Shown in pieces: positions 50,015 through 59,614 of a stretch of 64,000 nucleotides of DNA. The DNA lies in the NCBI GenBank assembly GCA_963794325.1, contig CAWCDG010000004.1:768001-832000 (forward strand). Direction: 5' to 3'. The position numbers were made by a program, and so were the translations under genes. The DNA comes from an uncultured delta proteobacterium. Lineage in GTDB: Bacteria > Desulfobacterota > Binatia > Binatales > Binataceae. The stretch's first letter is position 1. Each line of letters begins with the position of its first letter. The notes below the pieces were generated by a model that saw only the letters and a list, made by a program, of their open reading frames with translations, did not search any database and was not told the DNA's origin.

Positions 50015-51047
50015 TCAGACGACGTTTTTGTACTCCGCTTTGTAGACATGCTGTCGAATGAATTTCTCCACATTGGCCGGACGCTCGACGCGGGCCAGGC
50101 CAGCATCGAAGACGAGCTTGGCTACCCGGGATGCGGTCTGGACCTCGACTTCCAGGATGTTCGATTGCGGCGGGAAGAGCATCCCCAGCTTCAACTGCTC
50201 GGTAGTTACCTGGTCGGCGACAGCATGTGCCGCCTCGATAAACATTTCATCGGTCGCGCGCTTTGCGTTCGTGGCGTATATCGCCATACCGATGGCTGGG
50301 AAAATATACAGGTTGTTGGCCTGCGACGGCTGGAACGTCTGCCCGTCGAGATGAACCGGTGGGAATTGCACGCCGCCGGCGTAAATCGCTTTGCCCCTGG
50401 ACCAGGCATAGGCCTGCTCGGGCAGACATTCGTGTTTGTCGATCGGATTGGAGAGAGCAAAGATGATTGGCCGCGCGTTGAGGCGCGACATCGCCTCGAC
50501 GACCTCCCGCGAAAACAGTTTGTTCACGGTGCTTACGCCGATTAGGACGGTCGGCTTGAAGTCCTCGATGGCCGCGACGATCCGCGGGGACTCGGCCGCC
50601 AGGTCGAGGTGATCGAAAGGTTTGCTGGGCGAGAGCTTGTGCGCGTACGGCAGCTTGTGGGCGGCGAGTCCGGGACGTCCCGCAACCACGAGACCCTGAG
50701 TGTCGAACATCCGGATCTTCTGCCAGGCAGGCCTCGGCGATCGTCGGGTCGTACACGATATCCAGGAAGCGGGCCGGGTCCGACATCAGGGTGCGATAGA
50801 AGAGCGTCTCGTTGGTGTCGAGCAGACCCATCAGATAGATGAAGCGCCCGAGGTCGGTGGACTTGCTCTTGAGTTGCAGCAAGACACGGCTCAGCTGAGT
50901 CTCAATCGACTCCGTGACATCGGGAACTAACCCAACCACTCCGAGCACCTGCCGCTCGGCCGCCGTATAGCTAGTGAACTTGTTGATCCTGGGGTCGCGC
51001 AGAACGTCGATGCCTCGTTTGTTGCCGTCAATAGTTGAACTAGACAT
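50015..51047 (-). pseudogene. NAD-dependent malic enzyme with a large internal deletion
   Basis: N-terminal ...IVYDPTIAEACL joined out of frame near 50722 to KIRMFDTQGL...IFALSNP...QANNLYIFP; central dinucleotide-binding region missing. Confidence 0.85.
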
Positions 51048-51091
51048 TGGGTTCTCCTCGATTCGTGATTTAACTCTTTTGGAAAGTCCGC

Positions 51092-52506
51092 TCACTTACT
51101 TGTGGTCCCAGCTACGTAGGGATGAACCATCTTCGCCGGATCGACGACGCGGTCGAACAGCTCTTCTGTCACGAAGCCGAGCTTCAGCGCCGCGGCCTTG
51201 AGCGTGAGATCGTTATCCATCGCGTAGTGCGCAATTTTTGACGCCTTGTCATAGCCGATGACCGGCGAGAGCGCCGTCACCAGCATCAGCGAGCGGTCCA
51301 CATTCTCCTTGATCTTCTTTAGATTCGGCTTGGTGTCCTCGATCAGGAACTTGCGGAAGTTTGTGCATCCGTCGGTCATGAGCGTAATCGAGTGAGTAAG
51401 GTTGAAAATCATCAGCGGCTTGTAGACGTTCATCTCGAGGTAGCCGCTGGCGCCGCCGAAGCCCGCCGCCACGTCGTTAGCCATCACCTGCACGGCGATC
51501 ATGGTCAGCGCCTCGGCCTGAGTTGGATTCACCTTGCCCGGCATGATCGAGGAGCCTGGCTCGTTCTCGGGAATTTCCAACTCCTCAAAGCCGGCACGCG
51601 GGCCGCATGACACATCAGGCGGATGTCGTTGGCGATCTTGTAGAGCGATACTGCAAGCGTGCGGAATGTGCCGGAGAGCTGCACGAGCGCATCATGCGCT
51701 CCTTGCACGGTGAATTTGTTCGGCGCGCTGAAGAACGGCAACCCGGTGAGCTTCGCTATCTCCGTCGCCGCCGCTTCGGCGAAGCCGGGAGCCGCATTGA
51801 TGCCAGTGCCCACGGCGGTGCCGCCGAGCGCGAGCCGGTACACACCCTTTAGCGCGTCCTCTAACCGCTCGATGTCGTCGCCCAGCATCCCTGCGTAGCC
51901 GGACCATTCCTGCCCCAATGTAATCGGCGTGGCGTCCTGCATGTGAGTGCGTCCGATCTTGACGATGTCCTTCCATTCCTCGGCGTTGGCCGCGATGGCG
52001 TCGCGCAAGCTCGTAACGGCAGGGATTAGCCGCCCTGTCACGTTCACTGCGGCAGCGATGTACATCGCAGAAGGGAACGAGTCGTTAGACGACTGCGACA
52101 TGTTCACGTGGTCGTTAGGATGGACCGGCGCCTTGCTGCCCAGCGCGGTGCCGGCGAGTTGGCAGCATCGGTTGGAAATCACCTCATTGACGTTCATGTT
52201 GAACTGCGTCCCGCTGCCCGTCATCCACACATGCAGCGGGAACATGTCGTGATGCTGGCCGGCCAGGATCTCGTCGCAAGCTTGGACGATCAGCCGGTGC
52301 GCCGAGTCGTCGAGCCGGCCACCAGCGTGGTTGGCGTTCGCCGCCGCCTTCTTCAGTCCTGCGTAGGCGGTGATCATCTCGCGCGGGATCAGGTCCTGGC
52401 CGATGCTGAAGTGTTCCAGTGATCGCTGCGTCTGCGCCCCCCATAGTTTGTCAGCAGGCACCTCCACCACGCCCAGGCTGTCGGTTTCTCTTCGAAATTC
52501 GGTCAT
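51092..52506 (-). pseudogene. fumC: class II fumarate hydratase, frameshifted
   Basis: [18 protein letters not shown], then ATG-TG-TCA (2-nt insertion, about 51610-51615) before [18 protein letters not shown]. Confidence 0.9.
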
Positions 52507-52651
52507 AGGATTGCTCCGTTCAATGCACATAAGGCGTGAAAAATGACCGCTCAAAATCGAGCGGTATGCCTTAGTAGGTGCAGGTGGTAGGGTTTGCGGC
52601 GGCGCGCGATCCACCAGAAATTGTCCCGGAACGGCTGGGGAGAAATTTCAG

Positions 52652-55600
52652 ATGACACCTGGGAGGCGGAGTGGTCGACCTGGCTCAGCTGGTACCGGGG
52701 ATCCGGGGCCGGGCATCCATTCTGCTCGGACGGGAATCTTCCGCAGAGAGGGCGAGTACTGGACGATAGACTGCGGCGGGAAATCCTTTAGTCTAAAGGA
52801 CACTAAAGGGCTCGGGTACGTCGCCCATCTCCTGCGTCATCCCGGGGTCGAATTCCATGTGCTTGATCTGGCCGTGGCATCGTTAGGCCAGCGCGATGAT
52901 GACGAAGTCGGTCAGTCCGAGCAGGGTCTGCCGCGCGGGGATGAGGAACTCGAAAAGGCGGGGATCCATATCGGCGGTCTGGGTGATGCGGGCGAGATGC
53001 TCGACGAGCAAGCGAAGGTTGCCTACCGGCGGCGGCTTTCCGATCTGCGCGAAGAACTGGAAGAAGCCAAGGAACGGGGCAACGTCGAGCGCGCGGAGCA
53101 GGCGGAACAGGAGATCGATGCGCTGACCAGGGAACTCTCGCGCGCCGTCGGACTGGGTGGACGCAATCGGCGGGCGGTATCAGCTTCGGAACGAGCGCGG
53201 CAGAGCATCACCAAGACGATCAAGTCGGTTCTCGAAAGAATCCGTCAGAGCGATGCCACACTGGGAGATATCCTGTTGCGATGCATCGGGACCGGCACAT
53301 TCTGTTCCTACCAGGCTGACCCCGAGTTCCCGATAGTGTGGGAATTCGTCGCGACAGATGCGGCTTCGACTATCGAGCCGGTGGTGCAACCTTCTGGAAG
53401 TGGAAATCCCGATCCGGCGCGGGCGGAACATCCGCAAGCATCGCCAGTGATGCTGGAGGTTTCGCCGTTCTCACTCGCGCAGCGAACTGCCTTTGCGGGG
53501 CGCGAATCTGAAGGTAGCGCGATTCGCGCGGCCATCGATCGTGCGCGAGCAGGCCACGGCTCGATCGTGATGCTCGGAGGCGGACCCGGCGTCGGCAAGA
53601 GCCGGATGGCGATGGAGATGGCGGAGTATGCGTCGCGCGTGGGCTTCAGATGCTTCGTCGGGCGCTGCTATGAAAGAGACGAGCCTCTCCCCTTTTTACC
53701 CTTCGTTGAGATTATCGAGAGCGGCCTGGCTCAAGCGGCGAGCCTCGATGAATTCCGTCGGCGTATTGGGGACAGCGCGCCCGAACTGGCCCAGATCGTT
53801 CCAAGCCTTAGGCGAGTTTTCCCGGATATTCCGCCACCCTTGGATCTGCCGCCCGCGCAGAAACGTCGCTATCTTTTCCAGAGCATCTCAGAGGTACTGG
53901 CGCGCGCAGCTCGAACCCGTTCGTACATCTATATAATAGAAGACCTCCACTGGGCCGACGAATCCACACTCGCCCTTCTGATTCACCTGGCCGATCGCGT
54001 CGCGCAGCTCCCGATTGTGATCATCGGCACTTATCGCGACGGCTATTCGCAAGACAAGTCGGTATTGGATAGAACCCTGGAAGAGCTGATTCGGATGGGT
54101 ACTCGTCCGCTTAAGCTAAGCGGTCTTTCGAGGGACGCCATCGCGCAGATGTTGCATTCTCTCAGCGAAGGGCAAGCTCCGGAAAACCTGGTGGACCTCA
54201 TCTTTGAGGAGAGCCAGGGGTATCCATTCTTCGTCGAGGAGGTCTACCGGCACCTGGTCGAAGAGGGGAAAGTCTTCGATACCGCCGGCCAGCTCCGCAA
54301 AGATATCAAGATCGACGAAATCGAGGTTCCTGAGAACGTTCGTCTGATCATCGGCCGCCGACTGGAGCGCCTCGACGAGAGTGAAAGGCGCGCGCTGGCG
54401 GCTGCCGCGGTGATCGGGCGTAGCTTCAGCTTCCGGCTCCTCACCGAGGTTGGCCAAATCGATGTTGACGAACTCTTCAACGTCATCGAGAAGGCGCAGC
54501 AGATGGGAATAATCGTCCCCAGCGCTGAGGGGCCGGAGAGACCGTTTACCTTCAGACATGAACTCGTGCGACAGACGTTGCTTACCGTCATTTCGGCCCC
54601 CCGCCGAGAGCGGATGCATGCGAGCGTCGCCGAAGCGATCGAGCGGCTAAATCCTGATGCGATTAAAGAGTGCGCCGGAGAGATCACCGATCATCTTCTC
54701 AAGGCGGGATCGTTTGTTGACGGACAAAAACTGGTCCGTTGGCTGACGCTGGCCGGCGAGAGCGCGCTTGACGCAGCGGCATTTAAGGATGCGCGGCGGA
54801 ATTTCGAGTCGGCTCTGTCGCATCAAGGCGCCCTTGACCCAAGACAAAAGGCTGACTTGTTGGCGAGCCTTGCGGCGGCCGGGCGAGGCGCGGACCTATG
54901 GGAGATGGTGGTAGCCAATCTCCGCGAAGCGCTCGAAATTTATATCAATCTGGCGGATCGAGAGGCAATCGTAAGGACAGTTAACGGGTTGACCGATGCT
55001 CTCTTCTTAATTGGCAACTTTCAGGAAGGAATCGAAACCGCACAGCGCGGGCTTACTTACCTTCAGGCGGAGGTTAGTGCTGACCGGGCGCATCTTCTGT
55101 CTATCCTGTGGATGGCCCATTCCCTCGCTAGAGTCTATGAGCCGGCACAGGAGAAGATGTTGCGCGAGGCGTTGGAGATTGCTCGCCAGCTTTCCGATTC
55201 AAAGCTTGAGGCCAGCATCATCGATGTTCGGTCGAGCATAAATATACGCTTCCTTAGGGTGCGGGAGGCCATCACAGACGGGCTCCTCAGCGAACAACTG
55301 GGTGGATCCGCCCTGCCAAGCTGGCAGCACGGCCTGGGATTGCTCTCCTTACATTTGGGTTTGTTATATGCCGGGCGCTCCGAAGAGGCGCTTAGAATCG
55401 CGGACAAGCTTGAACCCTTGGCGAGGAAGATCGGGCAGACTCTCTCGGTCGCGTTCCTCCTTGCCACCCGAGCGTGGATAGATTTTGGTAAAGCGCCCGA
55501 CTTGGCCAAGCTCGAAGCCGGTTTTCAGAGACCGCGCAGATCTGACCAAGATGCATCGTTTCCTGTCGTGGAGGTCATATCCGAGGCAGGACTGAGCATG

Positions 55601-56230
55601 GTGGAGTTCTTTCGGGGAAACTGGACGAGTGCCTTGTTCCATGCCCAAACTTCGCGCCGTCTGGGGCCGGAAGGCGTTGGAACGTTTTTTCGACAGCTAG
55701 CTTACGCGGGCGATCGCGACGGTGCATTTGCAGTTCTTGATGAAAACCGTTCGCTTCTGCCTCTTAGCGGTCAGACGAACACTGTAAATTCGTGGTTCAC
55801 GCTCGGGCTTGTGGCTGAGGGTCTCGTCATGCTTGGCGAGTATTCACAAGCTGGAGAGCTTTACCCACGTGTATGCGAGTTGGTCGACACTGGAGCGGTA
55901 TCGCTTTGGCCGGTCTGCCGCTTCACGCGTACGATCGCGGGTATCGCCGCGGCTGCGGCACGTCAATGGGACGCTGCTGAAGAACACTTTCAGATTGCGA
56001 TGCAACAGGCCGAGTCTTTCCCGTACCTTCTCGAGGAAGCGGAAATCCGCCGCTTTCACGCAATGATGCTGTTGGATCGCGCCGCCCAAGGTGATTGCGA
56101 AAAGGCACAAACGCTCCTCAGCGAGGCGCTGGGAACTTACACGCAGATCGGAATGCCCCGCCATATCGAGATGACTCAGACACTCCTCGACCAGGCCGCT
56201 GACATCCGCATCCGGCTTCCTGGACGGTGA
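52652..56230 (+). CDS. STAND-type AAA_16 ATPase with TPR-like C-terminus and N-terminal effector-like domain
   Basis: FAGRESE, GGPGVGKS (Walker A), IEDLHWAD (Walker B), GYPFFVEE, FRHELVR. Confidence 0.88.
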   Translation: MTPGRRSGRPGSAGTGDPGPGIHSARTGIFRREGEYWTIDCGGKSFSLKDTKGLGYVAHLLRHPGVEFHVLDLAVASLGQRDDDEVGQSEQGLPRGDEELEKAGIHIGGLGDAGEMLDEQAKVAYRRRLSDLREELEEAKERGNVERAEQAEQEIDALTRELSRAVGLGGRNRRAVSASERARQSITKTIKSVLERIRQSDATLGDILLRCIGTGTFCSYQADPEFPIVWEFVATDAASTIEPVVQPSGSGNPDPARAEHPQASPVMLEVSPFSLAQRTAFAGRESEGSAIRAAIDRARAGHGSIVMLGGGPGVGKSRMAMEMAEYASRVGFRCFVGRCYERDEPLPFLPFVEIIESGLAQAASLDEFRRRIGDSAPELAQIVPSLRRVFPDIPPPLDLPPAQKRRYLFQSISEVLARAARTRSYIYIIEDLHWADESTLALLIHLADRVAQLPIVIIGTYRDGYSQDKSVLDRTLEELIRMGTRPLKLSGLSRDAIAQMLHSLSEGQAPENLVDLIFEESQGYPFFVEEVYRHLVEEGKVFDTAGQLRKDIKIDEIEVPENVRLIIGRRLERLDESERRALAAAAVIGRSFSFRLLTEVGQIDVDELFNVIEKAQQMGIIVPSAEGPERPFTFRHELVRQTLLTVISAPRRERMHASVAEAIERLNPDAIKECAGEITDHLLKAGSFVDGQKLVRWLTLAGESALDAAAFKDARRNFESALSHQGALDPRQKADLLASLAAAGRGADLWEMVVANLREALEIYINLADREAIVRTVNGLTDALFLIGNFQEGIETAQRGLTYLQAEVSADRAHLLSILWMAHSLARVYEPAQEKMLREALEIARQLSDSKLEASIIDVRSSINIRFLRVREAITDGLLSEQLGGSALPSWQHGLGLLSLHLGLLYAGRSEEALRIADKLEPLARKIGQTLSVAFLLATRAWIDFGKAPDLAKLEAGFQRPRRSDQDASFPVVEVISEAGLSMVEFFRGNWTSALFHAQTSRRLGPEGVGTFFRQLAYAGDRDGAFAVLDENRSLLPLSGQTNTVNSWFTLGLVAEGLVMLGEYSQAGELYPRVCELVDTGAVSLWPVCRFTRTIAGIAAAAARQWDAAEEHFQIAMQQAESFPYLLEEAEIRRFHAMMLLDRAAQGDCEKAQTLLSEALGTYTQIGMPRHIEMTQTLLDQAADIRIRLPGR

Positions 56231-56243
56231 CACGATCACACCC

Positions 56244-56360
56244 TTCGATGAGGGACGCTCTATACTATCCGAAATCTACGAAACCTTCACGGAAGGATCT
56301 GAAACGAGGGATTTGCGGGGCGCCAAGGCACTACTCGAGGAGCTCGATTTTCTCAGCTAA
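56244..56360 (+). pseudogene. remnant C-terminus of a cyclase/AAA-TPR protein
   Basis: FDEGRSILSEIYETFTEGSETRDLRGAKALLEEL* resembles the Y.WFTEGFDT.DL..AKALL tail; different frame from the upstream gene; no start codon. Confidence 0.65.
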
Positions 56361-56467
56361 GCAGAAATACTAAATTCGAACCTCAACCTGCGGACGCCTA
56401 TCGCTTGATCAGTTTACCGCGCGGTCGGCGTCATCTTGGGCAAGTTCGGTCAAATAATCGAACGCTG

Positions 56468-56516
56468 AAAAAGTTGGCGGGCATCGAGGGAGGGGGGAGT
56501 CTCCCGGATGCCCGCC
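56468..56516 (-). terminator. probable intrinsic terminator
   Basis: GGCGGGCATC...GATGCCCGCC stem followed by AACTTTTT on the minus strand, downstream of the small minus-strand genes. Confidence 0.5.
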
Positions 56517-56615
56517 GTTTCGCCCATCAGGTCACGGCTTACGCCGCTAGGCTGCTGGAAGAACAATTACTGGTAGAATAGTCGAACCTACTTGATAGGT
56601 TGTATAGCTGTAACC

Positions 56616-56765
56616 TCAGAGTCCGCCGCGACCGGCCAGCAACCAAACCACCACTATGACTAACAGGATCGGGACCAAACCTCCGGCCGCACCATAGTTA
56701 GTGTAGCCATAGTAACCGCCGCCGCCACCGAATAGCAGAACCAGGATAATGATTAGTAGCAACAT
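56616..56765 (-). CDS. DUF3309-like small Gly-rich membrane protein (49 aa)
   Basis: MLLLIIILVLLFGGGGGYYGYTNYGAAGGLVPILLVIVVVWLLAGRGGL*; purine-rich RBS; below ORF-track cutoff. Confidence 0.8.
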   Translation of the reverse strand: MLLLIIILVLLFGGGGGYYGYTNYGAAGGLVPILLVIVVVWLLAGRGGL

Positions 56766-56792
56766 TGTATCTTCCTTCCTCTATTCTTCAGG

Positions 56793-57152
56793 TTAGTAGG
56801 GCGCCGCATACGTCGTTGTCGTACGCTTCTGCACTGTCCCGTCATTTGCGTCGGTCGTCACTGTGGTTGTGCTCTGATCGGCCGATGAATATGGAGACAC
56901 GTATGTAGATCCATATGGAGACACGTAGGGAGCGGGCTGAGTATAGGTGCGCTGCACAGTGCCGTTGTTGTACTGCGTAGTCGTAGTCGTGTTGGCATCT
57001 GCTACTGGCGACGTCATAATCGGCGGAGTCGTAGTGTCGTATTGCCGGGTCGTCGTAGTCTCGGTGACGTGAGTGGTAGGGGCACAGCCGGCCAGGAACA
57101 TCGTCGCGATACCAGCACAAATGGCCACCACTGCATTAGCTTTATATTTCAT
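56793..57152 (-). CDS. Thr-rich small lipoprotein
   Basis: Lipobox FLAGC; TTTT runs; YVSPY twice; GGAG RBS. Confidence 0.75.
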   Translation of the reverse strand: MKYKANAVVAICAGIATMFLAGCAPTTHVTETTTTRQYDTTTPPIMTSPVADANTTTTTQYNNGTVQRTYTQPAPYVSPYGSTYVSPYSSADQSTTTVTTDANDGTVQKRTTTTYAAPY

Positions 57153-57268
57153 TCTCCAGTCTCCTGAGTAATGTTGTACTCTTTTTTTAACTTATATACA
57201 TCGGTGTGTCACGAAATTCAGTCAAATCGGGTTCTTAGAGGAACCAGTTCGGTTGACCAAACTGGAAA

Positions 57269-58372
57269 CTATGGCCCGAGTGTCAGAGCGTTCGGAGAAT
57301 TGATGCTCGTATGCTGTCCGTCCGTGGTGATAAACACCTTCGGCTTGGGGCTGCCGCTCGATTGGATTTTACTGGCCGCAAATTCGACAAGGCTTCCGAA
57401 GCATCGCCCTCCGATATTGGCGTTACTCACGTACAAGTTTCCCGCCCCATCAACTGCGACGCCGTAGGGTCCGTCGATGCTCGCACTACACGCACCGGCG
57501 TGATGAGTCGGGCTCAGCACCACAGCTGCCGTGAGCTCCTGGGAGAGACCCGTCCCGCCTAGTTGATTTGCAGAAAACTTGTATATGTCGTCTCCGTTCT
57601 GATCGGCCAGCCACATATTGCCGCTGTTGTCGAACGCAAGAGTTTCAAGATGCGCGAACCCTGGCAGTGCAATCCCAAAAACGGGATCGATGTTGTCAGT
57701 CCCCGCTGCCAGACCGCTGATCTGGGCCTTGGAATATTTGAAAACCTCGCCGTTGCCGCCATTGCCATTGGATAGATCTTCGTCAACCACCCACAGGTTG
57801 CCCGCGGCATCGAAGGCAAGGTGCGAAGGCGAGCTGAAATTGAAGCTGTTCGCACGCAGGATCACGTTGGGAGTTGGACTACCGCTTGCCGCGTACTGCG
57901 AGGGCGTGTACTCGAGGATCGTCTGTCCGTCCTCGGCTCCCACCCACATGTTTCCCGACGCGTCGAAAACAATCCCCTCGGGGCCGTCCAGATTGCTGCC
58001 GCCGTCTTCGGAGATTGTCACGAGCGCAATTGGATCCGCTGGATGCTTTTTTTTCTTGATCGCTTGCGGCTGCGCGAACTCAACGATCGTATTGGAGTTG
58101 AAATTCGTCACCCACAGGTTGCCGCCATGAAACGCAACGGTGGAGGCTCCGTCCAGGTCGTTGTTGTCGTTGAGCAAGATCTTTGCCGGCTTCGAGCCGC
58201 TTTTGAGTACGCCTTGAAAATCCGCGATAGTCGGCGAATTTTCGTTCGCGACCCAGAGACTGCTGGCCGCTGCGTTGCCAGTCGCGATTAGCACGCCAAA
58301 CAGCACGGCCGTCAGGCAGCGAATCCGGAACATACCGATAGCATTGCCGGGATTGAGTCGATGAAGCGCCAA
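57269..58372 (-). CDS. secreted NHL-repeat beta-propeller protein
   Basis: Repeated (P..)AFD.aGNlWV units; signal peptide (start may be 58333). Confidence 0.8.
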   Translation of the reverse strand: MALHRLNPGNAIGMFRIRCLTAVLFGVLIATGNAAASSLWVANENSPTIADFQGVLKSGSKPAKILLNDNNDLDGASTVAFHGGNLWVTNFNSNTIVEFAQPQAIKKKKHPADPIALVTISEDGGSNLDGPEGIVFDASGNMWVGAEDGQTILEYTPSQYAASGSPTPNVILRANSFNFSSPSHLAFDAAGNLWVVDEDLSNGNGGNGEVFKYSKAQISGLAAGTDNIDPVFGIALPGFAHLETLAFDNSGNMWLADQNGDDIYKFSANQLGGTGLSQELTAAVVLSPTHHAGACSASIDGPYGVAVDGAGNLYVSNANIGGRCFGSLVEFAASKIQSSGSPKPKVFITTDGQHTSINSPNALTLGP

Positions 58373-59076
58373 AGTTTTCTCCTTCGATGGTTGATAACGC
58401 CGTATTCAAGGCGTCTCTTGCCAAGTAAATCGCAATGGTGGGCATTATGTATATGAAAGATAGGTTAAATCAAGATAAATCTAAGACAGATAGAGTAAGT
58501 TCACAATATTCGTCGATCTTTCCTGAATCTCCCGAGCTCAGCACCGGCAATCGATGCAGCATTGTCTTGAATCGAGAACTGCGTTTTCCAAATTTTCAAA
58601 GAGCGCAAACAAACGTACAGAATCGTTCCGAGCGTAACGTGCCGCCGGTGGCAGCAACCGCGCATTGCTACTAAATAAATAGCTGTCGGTTCCTGCACTC
58701 CCCCGCGAGAGCCGAAGGCACGCTTGGCCATATGCCCTCATGGTGAATCCAACGCGTGCCTTTCTTTTTTCAGGTCGTCTATCTTAGTTATTCAGATAAC
58801 CAGTCAGGACTTATCGCGATGGCTTTCCAGATCACACCGAATGTACTGTGGAAGGGTCGGATCGATATAGGAATCGCAGTCCGAATTTGATCCAGTCCTA
58901 TCGTGGCTCTTTCGCCCGCCTTCGGCCACCTTTGCGCTAGACCAACAGCACGTCCTGCTAGGAAGGCCTTTCGAGGCAGTAGTTATGTACCTTCCAATTT
59001 CTCTCGGAACCATAGTCCTAATTCTGGTCGTGATCTGGCTCGTCCGTGGCTTGTAATAAGAGCTAGCGGTTTCATT

Positions 59077-59598
59077 TTGACAACTAACAATTGCCAGTAC
59101 ATCGTTCGCGCAATACTGGCGCTGATGAGCTTGACGCTTGCAGTCTCATGCACGACGCAATCGGAACTCGCGCAATCGCCACCAGCTCCGTCCGCCGTGG
59201 CCCCGCGCCCGCTCCTGCAGCCAGAAACCCGCGCGCATCCGTCCAAAGCAGTAAGAGCGTCCTACCAGGGAGATGCGTATGCCGGGCATCGGACCGCCAG
59301 TGGTGAGCGCTACGATCCCAATGCGTTGACGGCGGCATCCAGCACTTTGCCGATCGGTTCTACAGTTATGGTGACGAATCCCGCGACGGGTCATTCCGTG
59401 AAAGTACGCGTCAACGATCGCGGCCCCAATGTTCACGGCCGATCTCTGGATTTGTCGAAGCGCGCAGCAGAGGAAATCGGTATCACCAAGCAGGGTGTAG
59501 CGAGAGTCACTGTCAAGCGCGTCGAATCAAAGCCGGCGGGCGGCGACGCTACTGACTCTCCTGAAAGTTCGTTGCCGGTTGCACCTCCGAAATCATAA
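59077..59598 (+). CDS. rlpA: septal ring lytic transglycosylase RlpA family lipoprotein (start uncertain)
   Basis: Lipobox AVSC; ASY, TASGERYD..LTAA..TLP, VNDRGP, LDLS. Confidence 0.85.
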   Translation: MTTNNCQYIVRAILALMSLTLAVSCTTQSELAQSPPAPSAVAPRPLLQPETRAHPSKAVRASYQGDAYAGHRTASGERYDPNALTAASSTLPIGSTVMVTNPATGHSVKVRVNDRGPNVHGRSLDLSKRAAEEIGITKQGVARVTVKRVESKPAGGDATDSPESSLPVAPPKS

Positions 59599-59614
59599 TC
59601 GCGTCACTGGCTAA

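Noticed and set aside
51605-51620. Programmed frameshift in fumC
   Set aside because: Simple TG duplication without a slippery heptamer; neighbouring genes are also broken, which favours decay
56474-56516. Possible selC fragment (second att site)
   Set aside because: Only loose G-rich similarity to the tRNA 3' end; lacks TTCGA and anticodon sequence; better explained as a terminator hairpin
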